From Oligoflexia bacterium (GTDB lineage: Bacteria; Bdellovibrionota; UBA1018): DNA of 64,000 bases. Position numbers and translations under genes: made by a program. The stretch covers positions 192,001 to 256,000 of the forward strand of contig CAVWVI010000001.1 of the NCBI GenBank assembly GCA_963758495.1, read 5' to 3'. The notes beneath the pieces are model-generated. The model saw only the letters and a program-made list of their open reading frames with translations, searched no databases and was not told the origin of the DNA. Shown in pieces: positions 19,220 through 29,431 of the stretch. How positions within the stretch are numbered: position 1 is the stretch's first letter; each line of letters begins with the position of its first letter.

Positions 19220-19948
19220 TTAGCGACTCATCTTCTTCCAAAAGTCATTCACGGCTGCTTGAGCCTGGAGACATTGATTTGTAGTTAACGCTGTCGATGA
19301 GTCATAAATAACCGGATTCATTACATCTAAAGGATCATTGAGATGACCTAAACTCAAATAATGCCCCAGCTCGTGAGCTACGATATTAGCAAATGTGCCT
19401 ACAGAGGATTCCATCACCACCCCATAGACCCCTTGCCCCGGCATATTGGTCCAAGCATTAGCAGTTGATTTTCCTAAAGAGCCTGTACGATTCCATCTTC
19501 CGGTAGTCACAATGAGAAACTCAGAATCACTTTGAAAGGCACTTCGAATCTTATCCAACTCAGAAATATCCCGAGTATTGAACTGCAACCGATAGGCTTC
19601 TGAATCTACAGCCAAGTACTGATCCATTTGAAACTCGATATTGCAGGCATTCCATATAGAATTTATCCCATCGATGTTATCCAGAGATTGCTGCTCACTT
19701 AATACTGGAACGCCCGTGTTCGATTGATAAACGACAAATCTTAATCCTATGCAAAAATGATTGGGATCAGACGAATGGCATGGCGATCCAATCTGAGACG
19801 AACGAGAACTTGGATCTGAACGATGAGCATTTCTATCATCTTGATCCAGCACAATACCTGGTTTTGATAAAGCGCCCTCGCAGGCATCTAGACTCAATAA
19901 AAGAAATAAAAAAGCAAAAACAAGAATATCCATTCTTGGATATTTCAC
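19220..19948 (-). CDS. Exported metzincin (matrixin-like) zinc metalloprotease
   Basis: HELGHYLSLGH plus Met-turn (DVMNP); possible lipobox LDAC. Confidence 0.8.
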   Translation of the reverse strand: MKYPRMDILVFAFLFLLLSLDACEGALSKPGIVLDQDDRNAHRSDPSSRSSQIGSPCHSSDPNHFCIGLRFVVYQSNTGVPVLSEQQSLDNIDGINSIWNACNIEFQMDQYLAVDSEAYRLQFNTRDISELDKIRSAFQSDSEFLIVTTGRWNRTGSLGKSTANAWTNMPGQGVYGVVMESSVGTFANIVAHELGHYLSLGHLNDPLDVMNPVIYDSSTALTTNQCLQAQAAVNDFWKKMSR

Positions 19949-20027
19949 CCCTATTCTTCCTCCGTAAATACGACCTCTTGGAAAATCGCTTTGTGAGTTA
20001 TACGAAGCAGGTAAGAATAGGTTTCAG

Positions 20028-20792
20028 TTAAAAAAATGGTTCGGGCGATTGGGATTGAACCAACGACCCCCACCGTGTCAAGGTGGTGCTCTCCCGCTGA
20101 GCTACGCCCGAACATGACGTATTATGATGAATTCCTTCATCGGAAATTGGGTTATAGCTTCGCTGAGTCCGGCAGTCAAACCAAAATCTCTGGTACGCCT
20201 CTAATATCAATAACTCTCCTAAGGTTTGAAATTCAGACTCTGACTGTTCTTTTAATAGAAAATCCACGGGGGCATCCAACCCACAGGGACGCAACCCTTT
20301 AAAGCTAGTGGGTGTTTTAAAACCATTGACAGCCAATCCATGTAAAAGAACTCCATTTTCAACATGCACGCCGACCGCAGCAAACTTTCCCTGGTCGGTC
20401 CAAACGCCCATTTCGCTACCCTCACGGATATGGGCACCTGAATCATAAGACCGCCCTACATCTAAAGCAACCTGAAGCAGGGTTTCCACTGCCTTACGAA
20501 CTCCACGAGGATCTCCCGTGAGCTTTTCGATGTGATCCACCGGAAAAAGAATCCACTGCCCAGGACCATGATAAGTTGCTAATCCCCCTCGGTCACTCCA
20601 ATGAACGTCCATGGAAGGGTCCAAAATATCCCCATCTGGAGTTCTACGTCCTCGCGTGATCACAGGGGCCACTTCCGAAAGAAGAAGCACCCCTTCCCCA
20701 CCCTCTCTCACTCTTGCTGCGATCTCACGTTGCCTCAAATCGAGGGCGGAGTAAGTCCACAGAGAGTCTGCTTGATGCCGTCTAACCTCCAC
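20028..20792 (-). CDS. lipB: Lipoyl(octanoyl) transferase
   Basis: DRGGLATYHGPGQ, KFAAVG, HGLAVN, RPCGL; start uncertain; 3' end runs through tRNA-Val. Confidence 0.85.
   Translation of the reverse strand: MEVRRHQADSLWTYSALDLRQREIAARVREGGEGVLLLSEVAPVITRGRRTPDGDILDPSMDVHWSDRGGLATYHGPGQWILFPVDHIEKLTGDPRGVRKAVETLLQVALDVGRSYDSGAHIREGSEMGVWTDQGKFAAVGVHVENGVLLHGLAVNGFKTPTSFKGLRPCGLDAPVDFLLKEQSESEFQTLGELLILEAYQRFWFDCRTQRSYNPISDEGIHHNTSCSGVAQRESTTLTRWGSLVQSQSPEPFF
20037..20111 (-). tRNA. tRNA-Val (anticodon GAC)
   Basis: TCGGGCG/CGCCCGA acceptor stem, CCACC-TTGACAC-GGTGG anticodon arm, encoded CCA. Confidence 0.95.
20151..20179 (-). promoter_or_regulatory. Sigma70 promoter for tRNA-Val
   Basis: TTGACT-17 nt-TATAAC, 40 nt upstream of the tRNA. 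Confidence 0.7.
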
Positions 20793-20805
20793 AGGAATCG
20801 GAACA

Positions 20806-21795
20806 TTAGTAGAGTTGAACAAGGTCACCTTCCCTGAAATTTCCACCCGTATGGACTTCACTTACCGCTCCATCAGGCCCAATAAAATCCACAATCTCAA
20901 GAGTTCCTTTTAATTGACCTTGTGAACGCCCCAAATAAGCGCCCGTGACCGGATCATAAATATCCTCACCTGGATTCAAAACGCGTAAAATATCTCCCCC
21001 GATCAAACCAGACGTTCGGCCTGCATTCACATAAAATTTAGGTCCAATCACTTTCGCAATTCGTCCTTGCCAGGTCATTTTTTCGATAGCCCTTAACACA
21101 TCAGGAATCACCCCTGCAACAGCTTCCCGAACTGCAGCCTGAGCAAGGTCAAACCTAAATGCTGGAGTGTCTGGAGTCGGATAGGATGAATCATAAGTTG
21201 AAACGCCGCTGCTGGATGCTTCGCCAGATCGAGCTGCAGCAAGAACTTCACGCCCCCCCTGAACATCAAAGACTTTGGTTTCTAGAGACACTGCGAGTAA
21301 TGATTGTTTTTGATGAAAAAATCCTATGTCGTCGCCCTTTTGCCGAAAAACCACCTTGGTGATTCTTCCAATGATTATGATCGTAACACCCATTTTTCGA
21401 CCTTCTGCGATCAGCTGTGCTACTTTTACCTGCTCCCCTTCAACAAAATCACTTGTACTCAGAGTCGTTTTTACATCATGAGGAAGAATGACCCGCTGAG
21501 AAATCAAAAGTGCGCGTTTTAATTCATCCGCTGCAAATTCTCCTATTCCATCTTGCCTGACTGGGGTGTCATTCCAAAAACCCAGTATCATGACCCTTTT
21601 TTTAGGCTGGCCCAGTAACTCCACTTTTTGCGTAGCAGTTAAACTTGCCGTCCCCTCATAGTAATTCTTGCTTCCATCTATTCTTCCAAATTCTTCTTCA
21701 TGAAGAAACTGGTGCGAACGCTGACATGCAGTCCCTATAAAAACGAATACAATAAAACTCCAGCTCAATCGGGATTTTGAATTGCTTTTCATCAT
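20806..21795 (-). CDS. Lipoprotein with CsgG-like and FlgT C-terminal-like domains
   Basis: Lipobox GTAC; WQGRIAKV..FYVNAG..SGL..GD and REGDLV patterns. Confidence 0.6.
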   Translation of the reverse strand: MMKSNSKSRLSWSFIVFVFIGTACQRSHQFLHEEEFGRIDGSKNYYEGTASLTATQKVELLGQPKKRVMILGFWNDTPVRQDGIGEFAADELKRALLISQRVILPHDVKTTLSTSDFVEGEQVKVAQLIAEGRKMGVTIIIIGRITKVVFRQKGDDIGFFHQKQSLLAVSLETKVFDVQGGREVLAAARSGEASSSGVSTYDSSYPTPDTPAFRFDLAQAAVREAVAGVIPDVLRAIEKMTWQGRIAKVIGPKFYVNAGRTSGLIGGDILRVLNPGEDIYDPVTGAYLGRSQGQLKGTLEIVDFIGPDGAVSEVHTGGNFREGDLVQLY

Positions 21796-21797
21796 TT

Positions 21798-22790
21798 TTA
21801 ATGTACCACCACTTTCAATGATGGATCCTTCTCTGAATCAAGAATGACTTTCTCCATCTGTTTTTTAAATTCCTCATTCTTGCTTTTCAAATAAACTGCA
21901 AATACGACTCGCCCCTTTGAAAACTGTCGTTCATCAATAGAAGAAATATCTTTCATTAGGTCAGTCGCTCTATTTTTAATCCGAATGTATTGTGCAAAAT
22001 CTTTAATTCCAGAAACTTCAAGTAAAGTTTCCTCCTGCCCCTCTAAATCTGCAACCGATTGCTGCAAGGCAAACTTTGCGCCTAACTCTGTAAAAATATC
22101 CCCCATTAATTTAGCAGTAGCTCCGTCAAAACGATCAGATTCCTCCAATTCCTTTTGATGATTTTTTATGGCATCGGTCCCGAGCTGGAGAGAAGTTCGA
22201 ATGAAATACCGTTTTTCATCCGGGTGTAGGCTATCTTCCATATCTGTAGGTAAAACGCCCCAAGTGAGAGTAAAGGTAGCTATTGGGTTTTTCGGTGAAT
22301 TTTTCGGTGAATTTTTCGACGAATCTGGCGATGACACAATGAATCCACGTCGCTCCAAGGTGGATTGCACTAACATCTTTACATCTGCAAAACTCTCCAT
22401 ACACTTTGAGCAGCTCGTATCTGGCTGAAAGAGGACAGAAACTTTGGGATCTTTTTGATCTAGAAATTTGGGACCATAAAAAAGAAGATAACGCTTCAAG
22501 CTATCATAATCGACTTTTACTGTAAGTCCCTGACCGGACCCCCTATAATCTAAAATGAATCTTTGATACTGGGGAATTACCTCATTTTTATAAAGAAGCT
22601 TTTGCCAAGACTCAAGTTCTCCTAATTTAGGTTCAGCATCTTCCAATGCGGCTTTCAATTGGCTCTCAACGGACCGAGAAGAAGGCTGAGAAAAAGAGGG
22701 CTCTGAAAAACTAAAGGGTGACAAAACAGTCAATCCAAACAATAACGATATGACGACCCAAGTCAAAAAACAGCTACTTTTTCCGTTCAT
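21798..22790 (-). CDS. Exported hypothetical protein
   Basis: Signal/anchor helix; operon-like position after dnaE. Confidence 0.6.
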   Translation of the reverse strand: MNGKSSCFLTWVVISLLFGLTVLSPFSFSEPSFSQPSSRSVESQLKAALEDAEPKLGELESWQKLLYKNEVIPQYQRFILDYRGSGQGLTVKVDYDSLKRYLLFYGPKFLDQKDPKVSVLFQPDTSCSKCMESFADVKMLVQSTLERRGFIVSSPDSSKNSPKNSPKNPIATFTLTWGVLPTDMEDSLHPDEKRYFIRTSLQLGTDAIKNHQKELEESDRFDGATAKLMGDIFTELGAKFALQQSVADLEGQEETLLEVSGIKDFAQYIRIKNRATDLMKDISSIDERQFSKGRVVFAVYLKSKNEEFKKQMEKVILDSEKDPSLKVVVH

Positions 22791-22846
22791 GAGACTAGTT
22801 TAGCGCAGTTATTCTAATAATTTGTTAAAAAAAGCTCTTGAGGATG

Positions 22847-25800
22847 TTACTTTAAACTCACTACGTCTTTGCCAAATATTCGATTAATGGATAAAATCAT
22901 TTGAGGAGTAGCCGCCACTCCTAATGTTTTAGGAAGTTCAAGGCGGGTGCTAAAAGTCTCATCTACAAACTCAATTCGAACAGGGCATTTACCTCGGCTA
23001 TGAAGAAGCTGCTTTTTCAATTCCCTGAGCTGATCTGCACTGACCTCTTGAGGCGCAAGTTGAATCACGATTTGCTGTACCCGACTCCGATGAGCTTCTG
23101 TAGCCCATTCGAGCGACTTGACCAATACTTTAGGAGCATCTTCTCCAAACTCAACTTCTCCCGTGACTATGACCGGCTCGGCCTCAGTCAAGGCTCGTTT
23201 TAAGAGCTCTTGAACAGCAGTATAAGTATCAGGAAAAAAGACCACTTCTACCTTGCCATTCAAATCCTCTAACTGAGCAAAGGCCATGCGAGAGCCTTTT
23301 TTGGTGGTCACTTCTTTAATTTCTCCCAAAAGCCCCCCTAGTTTGACTTCTGTTTTCGGCGCGCGATACCGGCCTCCACCGTAAGGCTCGCCCCAATTCG
23401 CACCATTGGATGCTGCAGAAGATGATGCAGGAGCTGACTTTTTGATTTGCTGCTTTTCTATTGCGACAGCCTTTAGCTTTTCAGTACTCCAACCCAACCA
23501 TTGTTCACAGATTTTCTGCCAACCATCCATGGGGTGCCCAGACACGTAAAAACCCACGACTTCTTTTTCAAGAGTCAATTTTTTTGAAGACGGCCAATCT
23601 GCTTCTTCTTTAAAAATCGCGTTAACTGGAGTGAGTAACTTAATTTCATCTGACGAAAAAGAATCAAATAACGAGGATTGTCCTAGCTCCCTTTCTTCCT
23701 GTTCATCACCTGCATGCTCAAGAAGAGCTTCCAAAGATGCAAACAAACTTGCACGATTCACTTCCGCAATCGAATCAAATGCTCCAGCCAAGCAAAGAGC
23801 TTCCATAACTTTTTTATTTACTTTACGTGTAGAAACCCTTTTACAAAAATCAAGTATGCTTTTAAATTTACCATTTGTACGTGCTTCGAGAATCGTATCC
23901 ACCGCAATACTGCCCACCCCTTTTATAGCTTCCAACCCGAAGCGAATGGCTTTACTAGATTCAGATTTTTCTTTTGTCTGGACCATCTCTACGCTAAATC
24001 GCTTTTGAGAAAAATTGACATCAGGCGAAAGCACTGGAATCTGGTGTTGACGTGCGTCACTGATGTATTTCGTTATTTTGTCAGTATTATCCATTTCCGT
24101 CGTAATTAACGCAGCCATGAATTCTGTTGGATAATGTGTTTTTAAATAGGCTGTTTGGTAAGTCAATGCTCCATAAGCTGCCGAATGAGATTTATTAAAA
24201 CCGTACTCAGCAAACTTTGCCATTAAATCAAAAATAGCTTCGGATTTCTCTGTTTTCAGTCCTTTCTCTAAGGCTCCTTTCACAAAGATTTCTCGATGTT
24301 TTGCCATTTCTTCTGGCTTCTTTTTACCCATGGCACGTCTCAGTAAATCAGCTTGACCCAAGGAGTACCCTGCTAATTCACGCGCAATTTGCATCACTTG
24401 TTCTTGATAGAGAATCACACCATAAGTATCTTTTAGAATCGACTCCAATGCAGGCACATCGTAAACTATAGATTTTCGACCATGCTTACGCTCGATGAAA
24501 TCGTCCACCATCCCTGACCCCAGTGGACCCGGACGATAAAGCGCATTGATAGCAGTCAGATCTTCCAAAGACCCCGGTTGAATCCGTGTGCAAAGATCTT
24601 TCATTCCGGAGCTCTCTACTTGAAAGACCCCATCTGTATCTCCAGAGCTAATCAGACCAAAAACGCTCGGGTCCTCATAATTCATTTGCTCTAATAAAAA
24701 GGAAGCCTCCGGAGTGCCAGGAGTTGCGACGAGTCGAACCATTTTGATCGCATTATCAATCACAGTTAGGGTCTTCAAACCTAAGAAGTCAAACTTAATG
24801 AGTCCAATCGCTTCAGAAAAATCTTTATCAAACTGGGTTACTAAATCTCCATCTCGACCCACATAAAGGGGACAGTAGGAGACCACAGGCTTTTCAGTAA
24901 TAATGACACCTGCTGCATGAATTCCTGCATTACGATAAAGACCTTCAAGCAAAAGCGCATATTGAATGACTTGAGAAATTTTAGGATCTGCCTCCATTCT
25001 CTCGCGAAGACGGGGCTCCATCTCCAAGGCTCGCTCAACAGTAATATCAAGCTCATCTGGAAGCAGCTTAGTCAGCTGATCAGTCTCCGCAAATGCAAGA
25101 CCTAAAACTCTTCCTACGTCCTTGATAACCGCACGAGCCTGAAGTTTTCCAAAAGTAATAATTTGGCAAACTCGTTCAGCTCCATATTTTCTAGATACAT
25201 AATCAATGACTTCACCGCGTCGATCTTGACAAAAGTCGACGTCAAAGTCAGGCATGCTGATTCGTTCAGGATTAATAAATCGTTCGAAAAGTAAATTAAA
25301 TTGAAGCGGATCAATATCCGTAATTCGAAGAGAATACGCCACCAAAGAGCCAGCACCTGATCCTCTACCTGGCCCTACCGGGATTCCATTACGCTTTGCC
25401 CAATTGATAAAATCTGCGACGATGAGAAAGTATCCCGAGAAACCGGTTCTCACAATCATCGTTAATTCGCCTTGGAGCCGCTCTTCATATCTTTTTTTCA
25501 ATTCCGGCCAATCCAGCGTTTGAACTTTTTTCTGAAATGAAGGTTCTTCAAACCTGACTTTGAGTCCTTTCTCAGCTTCTTCTCGAAAATAGGCAACAGG
25601 ATCAAATTCTGTACCCTTTTCTACATGGTCAGGAACAAAACGTGGCAAATGATAAATGGGTCTGCCTTTTTCATCTTTGAATTTAAACTCAAGATTGCAA
25701 CGCTCAGCAATCACTTGGGTATTATCACACGCTCTCGCAAACCTCTCAAAGCGCTCCCGCATGAGGGATTCGGACTTGAGATAATACTCAGAAGGTACAA

Positions 25801-26551
25801 GGCTCTTGGGTCTATCAAAATCTAAATTTTTTCCATGCTCAATACACTGCAAAACTTCATGAGCTTCAGAGTCTTTGGGCTCTAAATAATGACAATCCGT
25901 AGTAGCCACGCATTCCACACCATGGCGTTCGCCCCATTGACTGAGAATTTCATTGATTTGCTGTTGTTCTGGAAGCGGTGAATCTTGAAGTTCTAAATAA
26001 AAATCTTCACCAAAGCGTTTTTTAAACCAAAGAAGAGTTTCAATACCTGCAGCTTCCTCACCTGTCAGAGCTTGATAAGGAAGTTCTCCTCGAATACAGC
26101 CTGATAATACAATGAGTCCGTCGCCGTATTGATTTAATAGTTCACGATCAATCAAAGCCCGTGGACCTGCTGGCTGCCCCTTTTGAGGAGGAGGAGCTTC
26201 AGCGTAGGAACGAGTCACCATTTTACAAAGATTTTGATATCCTTCTAAATTTTTACAAAGAAGTACGAGGTGATGAAAGCGCGGAGTCAGATTTGCCTGA
26301 GCTGTGATCGCAGTCTGTTGAACGGCTGTACGTCCATTGGGAGCGTAGAAAATTTCACACCCGACAATAGGTTTCACACCCGCTTTTTTTGCCGAAAGGT
26401 AAAAATCAATGGCCCCAAAAAGATTATGGGTATCCGTAATCGCTACGGCGGACATGCCTAATTGAGTTACTTTCTCAAAAAGCGATTCTATATGAATGGC
26501 ACCCTGTAAAAGACTATACTGGGTGTGGACATGGAGATGAACAAAGGGCAT
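22847..26551 (-). CDS. dnaE: DNA polymerase III alpha subunit
   Basis: FVHLHVHTQYS PHP motif, GPGRGSGAGS, MPDFDVDF, GFNKSHSAAY; start ATG 26551. Confidence 0.97.
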   Translation of the reverse strand: MPFVHLHVHTQYSLLQGAIHIESLFEKVTQLGMSAVAITDTHNLFGAIDFYLSAKKAGVKPIVGCEIFYAPNGRTAVQQTAITAQANLTPRFHHLVLLCKNLEGYQNLCKMVTRSYAEAPPPQKGQPAGPRALIDRELLNQYGDGLIVLSGCIRGELPYQALTGEEAAGIETLLWFKKRFGEDFYLELQDSPLPEQQQINEILSQWGERHGVECVATTDCHYLEPKDSEAHEVLQCIEHGKNLDFDRPKSLVPSEYYLKSESLMRERFERFARACDNTQVIAERCNLEFKFKDEKGRPIYHLPRFVPDHVEKGTEFDPVAYFREEAEKGLKVRFEEPSFQKKVQTLDWPELKKRYEERLQGELTMIVRTGFSGYFLIVADFINWAKRNGIPVGPGRGSGAGSLVAYSLRITDIDPLQFNLLFERFINPERISMPDFDVDFCQDRRGEVIDYVSRKYGAERVCQIITFGKLQARAVIKDVGRVLGLAFAETDQLTKLLPDELDITVERALEMEPRLRERMEADPKISQVIQYALLLEGLYRNAGIHAAGVIITEKPVVSYCPLYVGRDGDLVTQFDKDFSEAIGLIKFDFLGLKTLTVIDNAIKMVRLVATPGTPEASFLLEQMNYEDPSVFGLISSGDTDGVFQVESSGMKDLCTRIQPGSLEDLTAINALYRPGPLGSGMVDDFIERKHGRKSIVYDVPALESILKDTYGVILYQEQVMQIARELAGYSLGQADLLRRAMGKKKPEEMAKHREIFVKGALEKGLKTEKSEAIFDLMAKFAEYGFNKSHSAAYGALTYQTAYLKTHYPTEFMAALITTEMDNTDKITKYISDARQHQIPVLSPDVNFSQKRFSVEMVQTKEKSESSKAIRFGLEAIKGVGSIAVDTILEARTNGKFKSILDFCKRVSTRKVNKKVMEALCLAGAFDSIAEVNRASLFASLEALLEHAGDEQEERELGQSSLFDSFSSDEIKLLTPVNAIFKEEADWPSSKKLTLEKEVVGFYVSGHPMDGWQKICEQWLGWSTEKLKAVAIEKQQIKKSAPASSSAASNGANWGEPYGGGRYRAPKTEVKLGGLLGEIKEVTTKKGSRMAFAQLEDLNGKVEVVFFPDTYTAVQELLKRALTEAEPVIVTGEVEFGEDAPKVLVKSLEWATEAHRSRVQQIVIQLAPQEVSADQLRELKKQLLHSRGKCPVRIEFVDETFSTRLELPKTLGVAATPQMILSINRIFGKDVVSLK

Positions 26552-26657
26552 TCGGTCTGCATACCGAACCCAGCTCCGAAAAACCATACGCAATGCATTA
26601 ATTTTTTGTTAAATCGAGTTAAATCTAAATGAAATTCATTGTGATACTGTGCAAAGG

Positions 26658-27251
26658 TCAGCTTCCTCGAATCACTGCGACATGAGGAGTGTATAACAGG
26701 GCGAGGTAACGTTTTTCGCCAAAGACTTCCTCCGCCTCCAAAACTGCTAAGGTTTGCCCCGGATGTGGTAGGGGTGCATCCATTGTGACATAAACTTTCA
26801 TTTGCTTACGGTCTGGAAGTTGAATAATCACCGTTCGAAGGCAATAAAACCAACTAAATAAATCTTGAGGTCCTTGTGCAGGATCAGTGACTACACCTCC
26901 TAACTTAACCTTGCCTTTTTCTATTTTTTTTCGAGCATTCAGGTAAGTACTTGAAAGACTTCCAAATACGATGAAATAAAATCCTAAAATCAATACTCCC
27001 GGCAATGCACCTATACTTCCAGTGCTCAACAGTCTGTTCCAATAATCTCGACACTGCTTTCTTTGAAAATCACTGACCACCTCTCCTCTTAATAAACATG
27101 AATGAGGAATTTGAGAAAGGTCAGATCCTAATGTCTGATAATAACGAGGACCTAAACAGAAAAAAGCGATTAAAAACAAGCCAAGCGCCGGACCCAACAT
27201 CCGAGCCAAAAAAAGTTTTTTTGGAATGTCGTTAAACGGTGTTTGTGCCAT
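26658..27251 (-). CDS. Hypothetical membrane protein
   Basis: Two hydrophobic helices; 197 aa. Confidence 0.6.
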   Translation of the reverse strand: MAQTPFNDIPKKLFLARMLGPALGLFLIAFFCLGPRYYQTLGSDLSQIPHSCLLRGEVVSDFQRKQCRDYWNRLLSTGSIGALPGVLILGFYFIVFGSLSSTYLNARKKIEKGKVKLGGVVTDPAQGPQDLFSWFYCLRTVIIQLPDRKQMKVYVTMDAPLPHPGQTLAVLEAEEVFGEKRYLALLYTPHVAVIRGS

Positions 27252-27431
27252 TTCACTCTTAGAATGAGTGATTTAAGATAAAATATCAATACAACTCAAT
27301 ACAACTCAACACAACTCAATTATTAAAGTTGATTATTTAATTTCTATCCTTAGTGTATCTAGACAACTTCAAACTCAAATGATATAAACCGTCAAATATT
27401 AATAACCACCCAATTCTCATGGAAGGTTCAA

Positions 27432-28349
27432 GTGTTTAAAAAAACTTTATTATCATCTATTATTTTACTCATCTCTCTCCCTTCCTATGCAGGCATATCC
27501 AGTCAACTCATCTGGAAGCCTTGGGCTCCACAAAATAAAGACAATACACTAGAGAAGCCCTTGCTGAGTAACTCAAGTGAAAGTGACTCAAGTGAAAGTG
27601 ACCCAAGTGAAGATGAAATTAAATTAGATCATAGTTGTCCGAAAGGATACGTTCTGGTCCCGGGCAACCCAGACTATTCCACCCCGACACCAGGTAAAGA
27701 TTTTTGTGTGATGAAATACGAAGCGTCGAAGAAGAGACTATTTGGCGGAAAGAGAAAAGCAGTATCCGCAAAAAAGGTGCCCTGGGTATGGATTAGTCGC
27801 TCAGAAGCGGAAGCTGCATGCGAGGCTAACGGACCAGGATATCATCTCATCACAAATTCTGAGTGGATGACCCTTGCAAGAAACATTGAATCCACACCAG
27901 CAAACTGGAGCGGTGGAAGAATAGGTAAAGGAGTTATACCCAGGGGAAAGAGCAATTCTTATGTTCCTTCAGCACCCAGTCACGATGAGAATCCCTATTT
28001 TGGAACATCCTACCCTGATGATTGGACCCATAAGAGAACCCATGAGTTAAGCAATGGCGAAGTCATCTGGGATATGGCTGGGAACGTATGGGAATGGGTA
28101 TCGGATCGCCAGACAATGAATCAGACAACAGAGGGAAGAGATCTACAAGAATATACAAGTACCGTTCACAATAGAGATAAAATCCAAATGCCAAGTTCCA
28201 TAGCTGACCTGCTGCGGCGGGATGGGAGTTGGCGCAGTGATGGTAGCGCTGGAATCTTCCCTGCGCTTCTGTTCCCTGCGCTTCTGTATGATTTCACTTC
28301 TGACTCGGGCACGGATGTCGGATTTCGTTGCGCCGTCGCATTGCCGTAG
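27432..28349 (+). CDS. Secreted FGE-sulfatase/SUMF1 (C-type-lectin fold) protein, paralog 1
   Basis: FCVMKYEA, HLITNSEW, DMAGNVWEWV, VGFRC; signal peptide. Confidence 0.85.
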   Translation: MFKKTLLSSIILLISLPSYAGISSQLIWKPWAPQNKDNTLEKPLLSNSSESDSSESDPSEDEIKLDHSCPKGYVLVPGNPDYSTPTPGKDFCVMKYEASKKRLFGGKRKAVSAKKVPWVWISRSEAEAACEANGPGYHLITNSEWMTLARNIESTPANWSGGRIGKGVIPRGKSNSYVPSAPSHDENPYFGTSYPDDWTHKRTHELSNGEVIWDMAGNVWEWVSDRQTMNQTTEGRDLQEYTSTVHNRDKIQMPSSIADLLRRDGSWRSDGSAGIFPALLFPALLYDFTSDSGTDVGFRCAVALP

Positions 28350-28398
28350 TTTGTGGATTGAGCAAGACAGAATAGTGATTAAAGAGCAATATAGCCAA

Positions 28399-29370
28399 AT
28401 GAGTCACAGTGGAATTAAAAATAGTATAAAATTAAAACTAATCAAATTGAAAAGTTTATCGCTAGTCATGTTATCGATCTTTGCTTTTCAGGGAGCTCTG
28501 GCAGGACCAAAATCCTGGAAGTCTTGGGCACCACAAAATAAATACAATACACTAGAGGAGCCCTTACTGGGTGACTCAGGTGAAGATAAATTTGAATTGA
28601 ATACTGACTGTCCGGAAGGATACGTTCTGGTCCCGGGCAACCCGGACTATGCTACCCCAACGTCGGGTAAAGATTTTTGTGCGATGAAGTACGAAGCGTC
28701 TCGCGAAGGAAACACTGCGAAGTCAAAATTAGGGGCGTTGCCTTGGGTAAATATCACTCGTGAAGCTGCGCTAGCCGCTTGCGCCAAGAATGGACGAGGA
28801 TTTCACCTGATCACAAATTCGGAATGGATGACCATTGCAAGAAATATTGAAGCTACTCCAGAAAACTGGAGCGGAGGTGCTGTGGGAGTAGGACAGTTGT
28901 CTCGTGGTAATAGTGATTCGCACGCAGCACTAACTGCTAGCTCGGATGATGATTTTTATTCTGGAAAAAATCATAATGACTGGACTCATAAAAGAACGCA
29001 CAGATTAAGTAATAGAGAAGAGATTTGGGATATGGCAGGGAACGTGTGGGAATAGGTATCGGATCATCTGACAACAGAGGGGGGAGGTGTACATGAGTAT
29101 AACTGGCTTCTCCCAGCTCAAGATAAAAATGTCCTAGAATATACGAGTACCGTTCTCTCAACTCAAGATAAACACCATTTTGGACCTGCTGGTGCATATA
29201 ATTCGACTCACAATATAGGTAAAATCTACGCTGGAAATACTGGGGCCGTCCTTCGGGGTGGTAGTGGGTTCAATGGTGACTACGCTGGGGTTTTCGCTGC
29301 GGATCTGCGCATCCGGCCATCTCTCTCGAGTGATAACGTCGGGTTCCGCTGCGTGGTCGCATTGCCGTAA
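28399..29370 (+). pseudogene. FGE-sulfatase/C-type-lectin-fold paralog 2, interrupted by one nonsense codon
   Basis: TGG->TAG at 29053-29055 in NVWE*V; frame continues intact to GFRCVVALP-TAA at 29370. Confidence 0.85.
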
Positions 29371-29431
29371 CTCGTAAGCACGCACAGCACAGCCACTGGA
29401 TCCTGTTCAATGCTTTTAACATCCATGTCTG

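Noticed and set aside
20036..20302. 88-aa plus-strand ORF
   Set aside because: Antisense to tRNA-Val and lipB.
28222..28398. N-terminal part of ORF 28222..29055
   Set aside because: Overlaps paralog 1 in another frame; homology to paralog 3 begins only near 28410.
29053..29055. Recoded TAG (alternative genetic code or pyrrolysine)
   Set aside because: TAG terminates other genes here normally (e.g. 8485, 28349, 61653); a single G->A mutation explains it.
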